Source of the DNA: Bacteroidota bacterium
GTDB lineage: Bacteria; Bacteroidota; Bacteroidia; AKYH767-A; 2013-40CM-41-45
Direction of reading: 5' to 3'
Length of the DNA stretch: 64,000 bases
Assembly: GCA_003389385.1 (NCBI GenBank)
Contig: QQVM01000022.1
Location: 68,490-132,489, forward strand
The translations under genes were made by a program, and so were the position numbers. The notes under the pieces were generated by a model that saw only the letters and a list, made by a program, of their open reading frames with translations, did not search any database and was not told where the DNA came from. Positions 1-10,070 of this stretch are shown here, piece after piece (position 1 is the stretch's first letter; each line of letters starts with the position of its first letter).

Positions 1-126
1 AGTGCAGAAACCGGAAATCAAAACATCATGATAGATCAGTTGGGAGATATTCCTTCCGGAGTCTGCTTTCTTCGAATTATTTCTGACGGGAAAATTCTGA
101 ATACTCAGAAAATTATCAGAAAATAA
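1..126 (+). CDS. 3' end of an unidentified CDS that continues upstream of the window. Frame 1 is open from position 1 to a TAA stop at 124-126.
   Basis: Frame-1 translation ...SAETGNQNIMIDQLGDIPSGVCFLRIISDGKILNTQKIIRK* is read directly from the sequence. A terminator-like hairpin follows. Confidence 0.3.
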   Translation, partial: SAETGNQNIMIDQLGDIPSGVCFLRIISDGKILNTQKIIRK

Positions 127-264
127 ATTCTGTGAATTTATAATCAAGTCTATTTCGCATGTACAAGTTTTAATCGAAATACATTGATGAAAGAATAGTA
201 GATCTGGATATTCTAAAAAAACAATTAAACGCGTTTTGACAATTCTTACATAATTATGACTGGA

Positions 265-293
265 GCCGGGAATTTCCCGGCTTTGTTTTTATT
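265..293 (+). terminator. Rho-independent terminator-like hairpin, GCCGGG-aattt-CCCGGC, followed by TTTGTTTTTATT.
   Basis: A perfect 6-bp inverted repeat followed by a T-rich tract, downstream of the partial CDS that ends at 126. Confidence 0.45.
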
Positions 294-325
294 AATTTGC
301 AGAAACATCTGACAAAATAATCAGG

Positions 326-2167
326 ATGAACTGCAGAATTATATTCGCTGTTGTTTTATTGCAATGGATTTTTGGGCCCGTTCTTCTTGCTCAAGAGACT
401 TTTCTAAAAACATACGGTAGCGCACAAAGCGAATACGGAAATTCTGTTTTTGCGACTCAAGACTCAGGATATATCATTAGCGCAATTCTTCCCTTGGGTG
501 CGAGTGACATACAAAGCATACTTTTAAAAATCAATCGAAAGGGAGAAGAATTATTCGTACACTCATACGATTATAAGACATTCATGACTCCAGTTAGTGC
601 CATCGAATCTGCTACAGGAGAGATTTATCTGCTATGTTCAGCCTGGGATAATTTTAGTCCGGGTGATTTCTCAAGCATTCTGATAAAATGCGATGACGAA
701 GGCAGGATTCAATGGAGTCGTGAAGTTTCTTTTTCAGGAAGTTTGAGATCAGCAGACATACTTGTCCAAAGTAATCAGATTTTTGTTCTGAGTGAATACA
801 ATTATAATAACGGTGCTTATCCCGGAATTCTGCTTAGCACATTTGACACATCTGGAAGTTTTGTACAGTCCTATCGATATTCTTCTTCCAGGGGACTGAA
901 GCCGGTAAAATGTTCAATCGATGAATCAGGACAGACTGGAATACTTGCCCGCAGCAATGAATTCGGATCAGGTGCTCCCTCGTTTGATAACAATGTGTTT
1001 TTATTGCTTGACAGTACAGGATCTATAATTACGTCGAAAGTTTGGGGAACCTTTTATGATGATGAAGCGGAAGCTTTATTTTACAGAAATGGAAAATGGT
1101 TTGTCAGCGGAAGATCTTATTTTATCAATTCATCATATGATATTTTTATAAGCACACTCAACACACAGGGAGAACATCTTCAAACTAATTTTTATAATGG
1201 AGGTACATTTGAAGGTGAAGCATCAAGGGATTTGTTTGTCACTGAAAGTCTTGAAACAGCCATTTGCGGAGATGCGGGAACTTTTGATGAAAGAAATATA
1301 ATTTTCATGCTGGCAGATTCCAGCGGAAACCTTCTCAGCAGTTTGCAATACCCCATCTCTCCTCTTTTTACCAATTATGCCTTTTCCATTTGCCGTTCTG
1401 CCGATAAGGGATATGCTATAACCGGGGATCTTCGTCCACCGGCATATTTTAGGGATGCGTTTATAATGAAAACCGATAGCACGGGAATCATTCCCTGCAG
1501 CACACAGGTTTTTAGTATGCAGAGAAGAACAGAGACAATTGATACACTCACAGTGAACCTGAACTATGATTCGGTTTCTCCAATTATTCAAGCAGCATTG
1601 GTACAAACCGGAGTGGCCCCTTATCCTGAAAAGAACATTTGTTCAAGCATTCCTGCAATCGCTGATTTTATTTTTTCTGCAGATACACTTTGTCCTGATC
1701 CCTGTTACTCATTTTTCAGCACAAGTCTGAATGATCCCCATACCTTAGAATGGAATTTTCCCGGAGGAATACCTACTTTCTTTTCAGGAGAAATTCCTCC
1801 ACTTGTTTGTTATCCTACAGCCGGGAGTTATAATGTGATTTTGAAGGCCATCAATGGCGATGGCTTTAATGAAAAAATAATTTCGCTGACTGTACCTGAT
1901 TTTCCCTGCGATACCATATTTATTCCGAATGTCATCACACCGGATGCAGACGGCAAAAATGATTCATTCAGAATCAGCGGAGCCAATGGTTTGTTTAAGT
2001 TAAAAATCTTCAATCGTTGGGGAAAATTGATTTTCGAAAGCGATAATTCAAAGAACACCTGGGATGCTCAGGATGTAAGTGCAGGAGTTTACTACTATCT
2101 CCTGCAGGCGGAAGTTAACGGTGAATTGCATGACTTCAGAGGAACACTCAGCGTCATCCGGAACTGA
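326..2167 (+). CDS. Secreted protein with an N-terminal signal peptide, beta-propeller/PKD-like repeats and a T9SS type B (gliding-motility-associated CHU_C) C-terminal sorting domain.
   Basis: The C-terminus PNVITPDADGKNDSFRI...IFNRWGKLIF...WDAQDV..GVYYYLLQA matches the type B CTD consensus (FTPNGDGxND...NRWG...WdG). The N-terminus is hydrophobic (MNCRIIFAVVLLQWIFGPVLLAQ). Confidence 0.8.
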   Translation: MNCRIIFAVVLLQWIFGPVLLAQETFLKTYGSAQSEYGNSVFATQDSGYIISAILPLGASDIQSILLKINRKGEELFVHSYDYKTFMTPVSAIESATGEIYLLCSAWDNFSPGDFSSILIKCDDEGRIQWSREVSFSGSLRSADILVQSNQIFVLSEYNYNNGAYPGILLSTFDTSGSFVQSYRYSSSRGLKPVKCSIDESGQTGILARSNEFGSGAPSFDNNVFLLLDSTGSIITSKVWGTFYDDEAEALFYRNGKWFVSGRSYFINSSYDIFISTLNTQGEHLQTNFYNGGTFEGEASRDLFVTESLETAICGDAGTFDERNIIFMLADSSGNLLSSLQYPISPLFTNYAFSICRSADKGYAITGDLRPPAYFRDAFIMKTDSTGIIPCSTQVFSMQRRTETIDTLTVNLNYDSVSPIIQAALVQTGVAPYPEKNICSSIPAIADFIFSADTLCPDPCYSFFSTSLNDPHTLEWNFPGGIPTFFSGEIPPLVCYPTAGSYNVILKAINGDGFNEKIISLTVPDFPCDTIFIPNVITPDADGKNDSFRISGANGLFKLKIFNRWGKLIFESDNSKNTWDAQDVSAGVYYYLLQAEVNGELHDFRGTLSVIRN

Positions 2168-2263
2168 GAATTCACTCATTCGTAAACAAAAAGCTCTCAT
2201 TCATCCAATTATTGACAATTTATCCGTTTTTTGTGCTATTATTCGATAAAATCAGCAGCTCCT

Positions 2264-3928
2264 ATGTGCGGAATCGTAGCAATTTTCGACCTGAAACAAA
2301 GTGCTCAGGAATTGAGGCCAAAAATTCTTGGTATGTCAAAAAAAATCCGGCACCGAGGGCCTGACTGGTCTGGCATGTATTGTGACAATCACGCTATCCT
2401 TGCACATGAGCGACTTGCCATTGTGGATCCCAAGTCAGGCGGACAACCACTTTACAGTGAGGACAAGAGTTTGATTCTTGCGGTGAACGGAGAGATATAT
2501 AATCATCGTGAAATTAGATCGGAAATGACAGACTATCATTACCAGACTGAATCCGATTGCGAAGTTATACTCTCACTATATCAGAAGCACGGGGCAGCAT
2601 TCATCGAACAATTAAACGGAATATTTGCCTTCGCTTTATATGACTCTAAAAATGATTGTTACCTGATTGCGCGTGATCACATGGGCATCATACCGTTATA
2701 TATGGGTTGGGATAAATTCGGACATTTCTATGTTGCATCAGAATTAAAAGCTCTGGAAGGTGTTTGCAATAAAATTGAAGAATTTCTTCCCGGTCATTAT
2801 CTGTTCAGCAAGGAAAGCATGGAGCCGCAAAAATGGTACAAGCGCGACTGGATGAACTATGATGCAGTGAAGGAAAACAAAACTGATATAGGAGAATTGA
2901 GAGTTGCGCTTGAAGCAGCAGTTCACAGGCAATTAATGTCGGACGTTCCTTATGGGGTGCTGCTTTCAGGCGGATTGGATTCATCGCTTATCGCTGCCAT
3001 CACTAAAAAATTTGCTGCGCATCGAATTGAAAGTGATGACAAGCAGGAAGCATGGTATCCACAGTTGCATTCCTTTGCGGTGGGACTGGAAGGCTCTCCT
3101 GACTTGAAGGCTGCCCGAATTGTAGCAGATTATATTAACTCTGTTCATCATGAAATAAACTTCACTGTACAGGAGGGGCTTGATGCAATCAGCGATGTGA
3201 TATATCATCTGGAAACATATGATGTAACAACTGTCCGTGCAAGCACGCCGATGTATTTGCTGGCACGGGTGATTAAATCAATGGGCATTAAAATGGTTTT
3301 ATCAGGTGAAGGTTCTGATGAGATTTTTGGTGGTTATCTTTATTTCCATAAGGCTCCAGACGCAAAATCATTTCATGAAGAGACTGTAAGAAAACTAGGT
3401 AAGCTGCACTTGTATGATTGCCTGCGAGCGAATAAAAGTCTTGCTGCCTGGGGAGTAGAAGGAAGAGTTCCTTTTCTGGATAAAGAATTTATGGATGTGG
3501 CCATGCGGATTAATCCCAAAGATAAAATGGCAAGTGGCGGGAGGATTGAAAAGTGGATATTAAGAAAAGCTTTTGAAGATCTTTTACCTGAAAGCATCTT
3601 GTGGAGGCAGAAGGAGCAATTCAGTGATGGCGTAGGATATTCATGGATCAATTCACTCAAGACACTCACTGCTGAATCCGTGAGCGATGAACAACTTTCT
3701 CAGGCTCGTTTCCGTTTTCCTGTCAATCCTCCAAGATCAAAAGAAGAATATTTTTACAGAAGTATTTTCAGCGAACATTTTCCATCTGAGACAGCAGCTG
3801 CTTGCGTTCCTTCTGTGCCCTCCGTCGCCTGCAGCAGTCCGGAAGCGCTTGCCTGGGATGCATCCTTTCAGAATTTGAATGACCCCAGCGGAAGAGCCGT
3901 GAAGGACATTCACAAGGAGGCGTATTGA
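2264..3928 (+). CDS. asnB: Asparagine synthetase B (glutamine-hydrolysing).
   Basis: MCGIVAIFDL at the N-terminus gives the catalytic Cys2 of a class II amidotransferase. The SGGLDSS PP-loop is present. The ORF starts at 2231, but the likely start is the M of MCGIV at 2264. Confidence 0.9.
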   Translation: MCGIVAIFDLKQSAQELRPKILGMSKKIRHRGPDWSGMYCDNHAILAHERLAIVDPKSGGQPLYSEDKSLILAVNGEIYNHREIRSEMTDYHYQTESDCEVILSLYQKHGAAFIEQLNGIFAFALYDSKNDCYLIARDHMGIIPLYMGWDKFGHFYVASELKALEGVCNKIEEFLPGHYLFSKESMEPQKWYKRDWMNYDAVKENKTDIGELRVALEAAVHRQLMSDVPYGVLLSGGLDSSLIAAITKKFAAHRIESDDKQEAWYPQLHSFAVGLEGSPDLKAARIVADYINSVHHEINFTVQEGLDAISDVIYHLETYDVTTVRASTPMYLLARVIKSMGIKMVLSGEGSDEIFGGYLYFHKAPDAKSFHEETVRKLGKLHLYDCLRANKSLAAWGVEGRVPFLDKEFMDVAMRINPKDKMASGGRIEKWILRKAFEDLLPESILWRQKEQFSDGVGYSWINSLKTLTAESVSDEQLSQARFRFPVNPPRSKEEYFYRSIFSEHFPSETAAACVPSVPSVACSSPEALAWDASFQNLNDPSGRAVKDIHKEAY

Positions 3929-4074
3929 TATTAGCTTGGGGTCTGCAATGAGCCTTGTTAATTAATCAATTTTATTTTACAAGCCTGTTTTTTTACTTTT
4001 TTGCAATCTTTAAAAGTAGATTGCCTTTGATAATTTCCATGGAATTCGTTTAATTTTATATAAAATTTTATACC

Positions 4075-5754
4075 ATGAAAACCTCATTACTTACTCTGAA
4101 ACTGTTTTTTTTATTCTTAATAACACAGGCTCAAAACTCAACACTTATAGATTTCAAGACCATAGGAAATTTAAACCCCAACAGTTTTGATGTCATCCGC
4201 AATGATGCAGGGAGTCTTAGAATAGCCGGAGTAACCTCCGGTAGTACAAATGTTTCTCTCAATTCTGGAGTAAGTACAATACTTTCTGCACACACCAATC
4301 AGGATATGTTTTGGATTGATGCGGATTATTTTCTGCAAAACACGAATAGTGCAAACTTTATAGAAGGTACTAACTATGACTTTGTCAGAGAAGTTGAGAT
4401 ACTCAAATCACCGGCATCTGGTGCTTTGATGGGGATGAATTCAAATGGTGGGGTACTTAACATCAATACAAACACCGTGAATATTCCAACTCCTTTCGGA
4501 ATAATATATGATGTGGATGTAAATTCATTCGTAAGAGCTTGGAAAACATTTTCGGCCAGTGTGAATTTTAGTCTGTCGGATGTAAAAAGTTCAGGTACCG
4601 ACTACTTTATAGGTGCCAGTTGGGGTGGAAGTTTTCAAAATGGAACCTCTAATTTCACTTCTCAGGGGAGCAGCGATGGAATTATTGCAAGAGGAGGATT
4701 CGCCGGCACAAACTTCCAATGGGCAGGTAGAATCTCTGCACCAGGATTTAATTATGTAGATAAAATATGGTATGATGAAGACCACAATGAATTGTACGCC
4801 GTGTGCCAACTTTTTTCCAGCGGAGATTATCATTTAGGAGCAAGCAGCACACCTGTCAGTACAGCAGGTCCGTCAAATAATGTAATGCTGATGAAATTAA
4901 ATGCAAGCAATGGCACTTTGCTCGATCATACGATGTTTTATTCAACAAATCATATTAATGTATCGGGTGTCTTTACCACAGACAACAGCGTTTATGTCGG
5001 TGTAAATATTAATGGAAATGTATTCACACAAAGTCCATCAACAACAATTAACAGGATAGGCTCATCTGATCAGGCAGTATTAAAGTTTAATCGTCAACTT
5101 GATTTTGAAAGTTCTTTTGTCAGTGGGACAAATTCCATTGACGTGGCCAATCGCTTCAGGAAGGCTCGATTTGGAAATTCAGATCGCCTCGTGCTGACAG
5201 GATTCTACTCATTTGATAACACTGGCACTGGCGGTTCATTCAACCAGCAGGCTTCAGTCCTTGTGCTTGATGAAAATCTTAATTTGATTGACTCATTGGT
5301 GTTCGGACATAGTGGATATGAGGCAGCTTATGATGCAGATGTAGATCAAAGCGGATTCCTTTATGTTGTTGGAGGGTTTAATGACACTGCCAGTTTTGAT
5401 CCTTCAGGCAGAGGTATCTATGTAGTCTCACAAGGAGCATTTGATGCCTTTATAGCTAAGTTCAATGCGATGTCTCTCGGCACATTTGATGAATCATCAA
5501 TCGACCGGCTCTTCATGCTTTCACCCAATCCTGCGAAAGAACATTTTACCATGGAAGTTTTTTTACCGGGCTCTCAGATGTTTCGTCTGGAAATATACTC
5601 ACAGCATGGATCATTAGTTCATTCGGAGGAATTGACGGCGACGGACCACCTGAAGAAAAACATCGGAATAAAATCATATTCTCCCGGAATATATATTGTA
5701 CAGGTAAGGACAGAAGATGCACATTATACAAGAAAACTTTTGGTGATGAACTGA
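4075..5754 (+). CDS. Secreted protein with a signal peptide and a T9SS type A C-terminal sorting domain. It is possibly a beta-propeller-like binding protein.
   Basis: The C-terminus LSPNPAKEHFTMEV...LEIYSQHGSLVHSE...GIYIVQVRTEDAHYTRKLLVMN matches the Por_Secre_tail consensus. The N-terminus is MKTSLLTLKLFFLFLITQAQ. Confidence 0.8.
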   Translation: MKTSLLTLKLFFLFLITQAQNSTLIDFKTIGNLNPNSFDVIRNDAGSLRIAGVTSGSTNVSLNSGVSTILSAHTNQDMFWIDADYFLQNTNSANFIEGTNYDFVREVEILKSPASGALMGMNSNGGVLNINTNTVNIPTPFGIIYDVDVNSFVRAWKTFSASVNFSLSDVKSSGTDYFIGASWGGSFQNGTSNFTSQGSSDGIIARGGFAGTNFQWAGRISAPGFNYVDKIWYDEDHNELYAVCQLFSSGDYHLGASSTPVSTAGPSNNVMLMKLNASNGTLLDHTMFYSTNHINVSGVFTTDNSVYVGVNINGNVFTQSPSTTINRIGSSDQAVLKFNRQLDFESSFVSGTNSIDVANRFRKARFGNSDRLVLTGFYSFDNTGTGGSFNQQASVLVLDENLNLIDSLVFGHSGYEAAYDADVDQSGFLYVVGGFNDTASFDPSGRGIYVVSQGAFDAFIAKFNAMSLGTFDESSIDRLFMLSPNPAKEHFTMEVFLPGSQMFRLEIYSQHGSLVHSEELTATDHLKKNIGIKSYSPGIYIVQVRTEDAHYTRKLLVMN

Positions 5755-5821
5755 TTTTATCATAAGAGTGTTCTTTGCCATATCATTCCCTGCAAAGCCA
5801 TATCTTTGGGAAAAAAAGTTC

Positions 5822-7192
5822 ATGAGATACGGTTTATTCATTATTTTCTTTCTCTCTTGCTTCAATGTAAAATCTCAGCATCTAGACAGTCTTGCATTGC
5901 GAAAAATCTATACTGAAATTTTAAAAAATGGTAAAGGCCATGAATGGCTGAGAGAACTGTGTAAAGACATCGGTCCAAGGCTAAGCGGATCCCCGGGAGC
6001 GGAACAAGCCGTTCAATGGGCTTTTCAAAAGTTCAAAGAGGCAGGCGCAGATACGGTATGGTTACAGGAAGTGACTGTACCGCGCTGGGTCAGAGGTAAG
6101 AAAGAAACTGGCCGCATTATAGACGGTAGCAATAAAGTTCAGGAAATACCCACACTGGCACTCGGCAACTCCGTGTCTACACCTGATGGCGGAATTACTG
6201 CACCGCTGATTGAGATTAGGCAAATGGAAGATCTGGCATTGTTGGGCGAAGAAAAAATTAAAGGAAAGATCGTTTTCTTCAACCATCCAATGGATGAAAC
6301 CAGTATTAATACATTCGGATCCTACAGCAGTGCCGGGAAATACCGCTGGTCAGGTCCATCTGAAGCCGCAAGATATGGTGCAGTGGCCAGCATTTGCAGA
6401 TCGGTAAGTCTCAGTGTAAACGATTATCCGCACACGGGGGCTATGCGTTACAATGATTCTCTACCGAAAATTCCATGTGCCACAATCAGCACCGCAGCTG
6501 CAAATCTTCTTGGCAAGATTCTTAAGTCAGACAAAAATGTAAAGTTTCACCTTGAAATGCATTGCCAGATGATGGATAGTGTACTCTCCTATAATGTAAT
6601 TGCTGAAATCCGTGGAACTCTGTTTCCTGATGAAATCATCACAGCAGGGGCTCATCTTGATGCATGGGACAACGGTGAAGGAGCACATGACGACGGAGCA
6701 GGAATAGTACAGTGTATGGAAGTGATCCGCACAATGAAAAATCTTGGAATCAAACCAATCAGGACCATACGGGCTGTTGCTTTTATGAATGAGGAGAATG
6801 GTTTGAGGGGCGGAAATGTATATGCTGAAGAAGCGAAAAGAAAGAATGAAAAACATGTTGCTGCCATTGAAAGTGATGCAGGAGGTTTCACTCCTTATGG
6901 TTTTGGATTGGATATGGATGACCAAAAAAGAAAAAAGATTCAGTCATGGGCTCCATTGTTCCGAAACTATAAAGTCTGGAATTTCGATTATCAATATGGA
7001 GGAGCTGATATCACTCCGCTGAAACGGCTCCTCGGTACACCTGTAATCGGAATGGCTGTGGACAGCCAGCGTTATTTCGATGTGCACCATGCATCAAGCG
7101 ACACATTCGAAAAAGTGAACAAGAGAGAACTTCTGCTTGGCGCGGCAGCTATGACCGCGCTTACTTATTTATTATCTTATCATGGGCTTTAA
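5822..7192 (+). CDS. M28 family zinc aminopeptidase, secreted.
   Basis: HLDAWDNGEGAHDDGAG and NEENG metal-binding motifs typical of M28. The signal peptide is MRYGLFIIFFLSCFNVKSQ. The ORF opens at 5768. Confidence 0.8.
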   Translation: MRYGLFIIFFLSCFNVKSQHLDSLALRKIYTEILKNGKGHEWLRELCKDIGPRLSGSPGAEQAVQWAFQKFKEAGADTVWLQEVTVPRWVRGKKETGRIIDGSNKVQEIPTLALGNSVSTPDGGITAPLIEIRQMEDLALLGEEKIKGKIVFFNHPMDETSINTFGSYSSAGKYRWSGPSEAARYGAVASICRSVSLSVNDYPHTGAMRYNDSLPKIPCATISTAAANLLGKILKSDKNVKFHLEMHCQMMDSVLSYNVIAEIRGTLFPDEIITAGAHLDAWDNGEGAHDDGAGIVQCMEVIRTMKNLGIKPIRTIRAVAFMNEENGLRGGNVYAEEAKRKNEKHVAAIESDAGGFTPYGFGLDMDDQKRKKIQSWAPLFRNYKVWNFDYQYGGADITPLKRLLGTPVIGMAVDSQRYFDVHHASSDTFEKVNKRELLLGAAAMTALTYLLSYHGL

Positions 7193-7233
7193 GCCAATAA
7201 AGGCCAGGCTATTTGAAATTCTCTGTGTTATAA

Positions 7234-9036
7234 ATGAGTGACAAGATTGAAAATATTCTTTCCGGACTGGAAGACAGACCGGGTGTTTACCAGTTTTACG
7301 ACCGTGAGGGAACCCTTTTATACATAGGTAAAGCAAAGTCTCTGCGAAAAAGAGTGAGCTCTTATTTTCAAAAAGAAAAACATGAGAACGGTAAAACTGC
7401 GGTACTCGTTCGCAAAATAGCGGATATAAAAACTTTGGTTGTGGATTCAGAAATGGATGCGCTATTACTGGAGAACAGTTTGATTAAAAAACACCAGCCA
7501 CGTTATAATGTTAATCTGAAAGATGACAAGACTTATCCCTGGATCTGTATAAAGAATGAAAGATTTCCAAGAGTGTTTGTCACACGTAAGCTAATAAAAG
7601 ATGGCAGTGAGTATTTCGGACCATACACTCCGGTGAAGATGATTAACACTCTGTTGGAACTCATAAGCCAACTCCATAAGCTTCGCAATTGTAATTTGAA
7701 TCTTTCAGAGGAAAATATTGAAGCAGGCAAGTTCAAGGTTTGTTTGGAATATCACATAGGAAACTGCAAAGGACCCTGTGAAGGATTGCAATCGCAGGAT
7801 GATTATGACCAAAGTATAAAGGAGATTAGGATGATTTTGAAGGGAAACATTCAAATGCTCATTCAATTATTGAAGGAAAAAATGTCTGATCATGCTGCCG
7901 GTTTTAAGTATGAAGAGGCTCAGTTGATGAAAGAAAAGGTTGAGCTTTTGGAAAGGTTCAAGTCCAAATCAGTGTTAGTGAATCCCTCGATTCATAATAC
8001 TGATGTATTTTCTATAATCACAGAAGATGATTCTGCTTTCGTGAATTTTTTAAGAATCATGAATGGAGCCATCGTACAGGGGCATACGGTGGAGATGAAA
8101 AGGAAGCTCGATGAAACTCCTGAAGAGCTGCTTGAGATCGCTATCGCAGAAATGCGTACAAGATTTCACAGTGATGCTCCTGAAATACTGGTGCCTTTTG
8201 TTCCTGAAACGGAACTGAAAGGGGTTACATTCACGGTTCCGAAAATTGGCGACAAAAAAAAGTTGCTCAGCTTATCTGAAGCCAATGTGAAAAACTACAT
8301 AAGAGAGAAAAACCTACAGCTTGAAAAACAGAATCCGGAAAACCGAACCCTTCGTTTGCTGGAGCAGATGAAGGCTGATCTTCGATTGAAGGATCTGCCG
8401 CGCCGCATCGAATGTTTTGACAATTCAAACATCCAAGGAGCATTTCCTGTGGCAGCGATGAGTGTTTTCATTAATGGAAAGCCTGCAAAAAAGGAATACA
8501 GACACTTCAACATTAAGACTGTGGAAGGTCCGGATGATTTCGCTTCCATGGAGGAAGTGATTTACCGCCGTTACAAAAGAATGCTGGATGAAGCCACAGA
8601 TCTCCCTCAGCTCATTATAATAGACGGAGGAAAAGGACAGTTGAGTGCAGCTATGAACAGCCTCGACAAACTCGGATTAAGAGGAAAGATTGCAGTCATC
8701 GGTATAGCGAAGCGCCTGGAAGAAATATATTACCCGGGTGATTCAGCCCCTTTATATATTGACAAGAAGAGCGAAACTTTAAAAACCATACAGCACCTCC
8801 GTGATGAAGTGCATCGTTTTGGAATTACTCATCACCGTAACAGGAGAAGCAAAGATCTGGTGAAGACGGAGCTTTCTGAGATCCCTGGAATAGGTGATAA
8901 AACAGCTACGCAGTTGCTGAGTCATTTTAAAAGCATCAAGAGTCTGGAAAAAGCAGGAAGGGAGGAAATAGAAGCATTAGTTGGTAAATCGCGTGCGGAA
9001 AAAGTGATAAAATATTTTGAAAGGACTAAAAAGTAA
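7234..9036 (+). CDS. uvrC: Excinuclease ABC subunit C.
   Basis: GIY-YIG N-terminus (GVYQFYDREGTLLYIGKAKSLRKRVSSYF), a UvrBC motif and a C-terminal HhH. Length is 600 aa. Confidence 0.93.
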   Translation: MSDKIENILSGLEDRPGVYQFYDREGTLLYIGKAKSLRKRVSSYFQKEKHENGKTAVLVRKIADIKTLVVDSEMDALLLENSLIKKHQPRYNVNLKDDKTYPWICIKNERFPRVFVTRKLIKDGSEYFGPYTPVKMINTLLELISQLHKLRNCNLNLSEENIEAGKFKVCLEYHIGNCKGPCEGLQSQDDYDQSIKEIRMILKGNIQMLIQLLKEKMSDHAAGFKYEEAQLMKEKVELLERFKSKSVLVNPSIHNTDVFSIITEDDSAFVNFLRIMNGAIVQGHTVEMKRKLDETPEELLEIAIAEMRTRFHSDAPEILVPFVPETELKGVTFTVPKIGDKKKLLSLSEANVKNYIREKNLQLEKQNPENRTLRLLEQMKADLRLKDLPRRIECFDNSNIQGAFPVAAMSVFINGKPAKKEYRHFNIKTVEGPDDFASMEEVIYRRYKRMLDEATDLPQLIIIDGGKGQLSAAMNSLDKLGLRGKIAVIGIAKRLEEIYYPGDSAPLYIDKKSETLKTIQHLRDEVHRFGITHHRNRRSKDLVKTELSEIPGIGDKTATQLLSHFKSIKSLEKAGREEIEALVGKSRAEKVIKYFERTKK

Positions 9037-9045
9037 ACCAGATCA

Positions 9046-10041
9046 TCAGCTAAGTTGATCGCTTAGCAACTTCATTTCGATGCGAGGAGAGATTTTCTCA
9101 TATAATACGTGATAGACAGCATCTGTAATCGGCATCTTCACTTTCAGCTTTCTGTTGATTTCATAAATACACTTTGTGGCATAGTATCCTTCAGCGATCA
9201 TGTTCATTTCAAGCTGTGCAACTTTCACTGAATAGCCTTTACCTATCATGGTTCCGAACATTCGGTTCCGGCTGAAAGATGAATAGGCAGTAACAAGCAG
9301 GTCACCAAGATATGCTGAGTCGTTGATGTCTCGGCTGATGGGATGAACCGCATCCACAAAGCGCTTTATTTCCTGAATGGCATTTGAAATCAACACGGCC
9401 TGGAAGTTATCTCCATAGCCTAAGCCGTGGCAGATTCCGCTGGCAATTGATATTACGTTTTTCAATACTGCAGAATATTCTGTGCCATATATATCATCGC
9501 TTACTGATGTCTTAATGTAACGGCAATTCATAAGTGAAGCCAGTTCTGAAGCATTATCTGTGTTGACAGAAGCAATTGTCAGGTAAGAAAGACGTTCCAT
9601 GGCCACTTCTTCAGCATGGCATGGCCCTGTGATTACCCCAATTTTTTCTACCGGCACTTTGAAACTCTGATTCAGGTAATCGCCAATAATGAGCAGGTCC
9701 TCTGGTACAATTCCTTTGATCGCTGAAAATATCAGTCTGCCTTCAAGATCTTTGGCGCTTATTTCACGGAATGCTCCGCTGAGGAATGCAGAAGGAATCG
9801 CCAGAATAATTATGTCTGCCTGTCGGATGCAGGATTTCAAATCTGAACTTACGGTCACTTTTTCGAGGTTGATCTCGACATCACTCAGGTAATTCGGATT
9901 GTGTTTGTACTTGCGGACAAATACCGCAGTTTCTTCGCTGCGCACCCACCATTGTATATTGTCCACATTATTGGACAAAATTTTTACAATGGCTGTAGCC
10001 CAGCTTCCTCCACCAATTACTGAAAGTTTTTTATTCGCCAT
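9046..10041 (-). CDS. gpsA: NAD(P)H-dependent glycerol-3-phosphate dehydrogenase.
   Basis: MANKKLSVIGGGSWATAIVKIL Rossmann N-terminus. Length is 331 aa, typical of GpsA. The gene converges on uvrC with a 9-bp gap. Confidence 0.9.
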   Translation of the reverse strand: MANKKLSVIGGGSWATAIVKILSNNVDNIQWWVRSEETAVFVRKYKHNPNYLSDVEINLEKVTVSSDLKSCIRQADIIILAIPSAFLSGAFREISAKDLEGRLIFSAIKGIVPEDLLIIGDYLNQSFKVPVEKIGVITGPCHAEEVAMERLSYLTIASVNTDNASELASLMNCRYIKTSVSDDIYGTEYSAVLKNVISIASGICHGLGYGDNFQAVLISNAIQEIKRFVDAVHPISRDINDSAYLGDLLVTAYSSFSRNRMFGTMIGKGYSVKVAQLEMNMIAEGYYATKCIYEINRKLKVKMPITDAVYHVLYEKISPRIEMKLLSDQLS

Positions 10042-10070
10042 GAATGAAAAAAATAATCAGAAAGGAAAGA

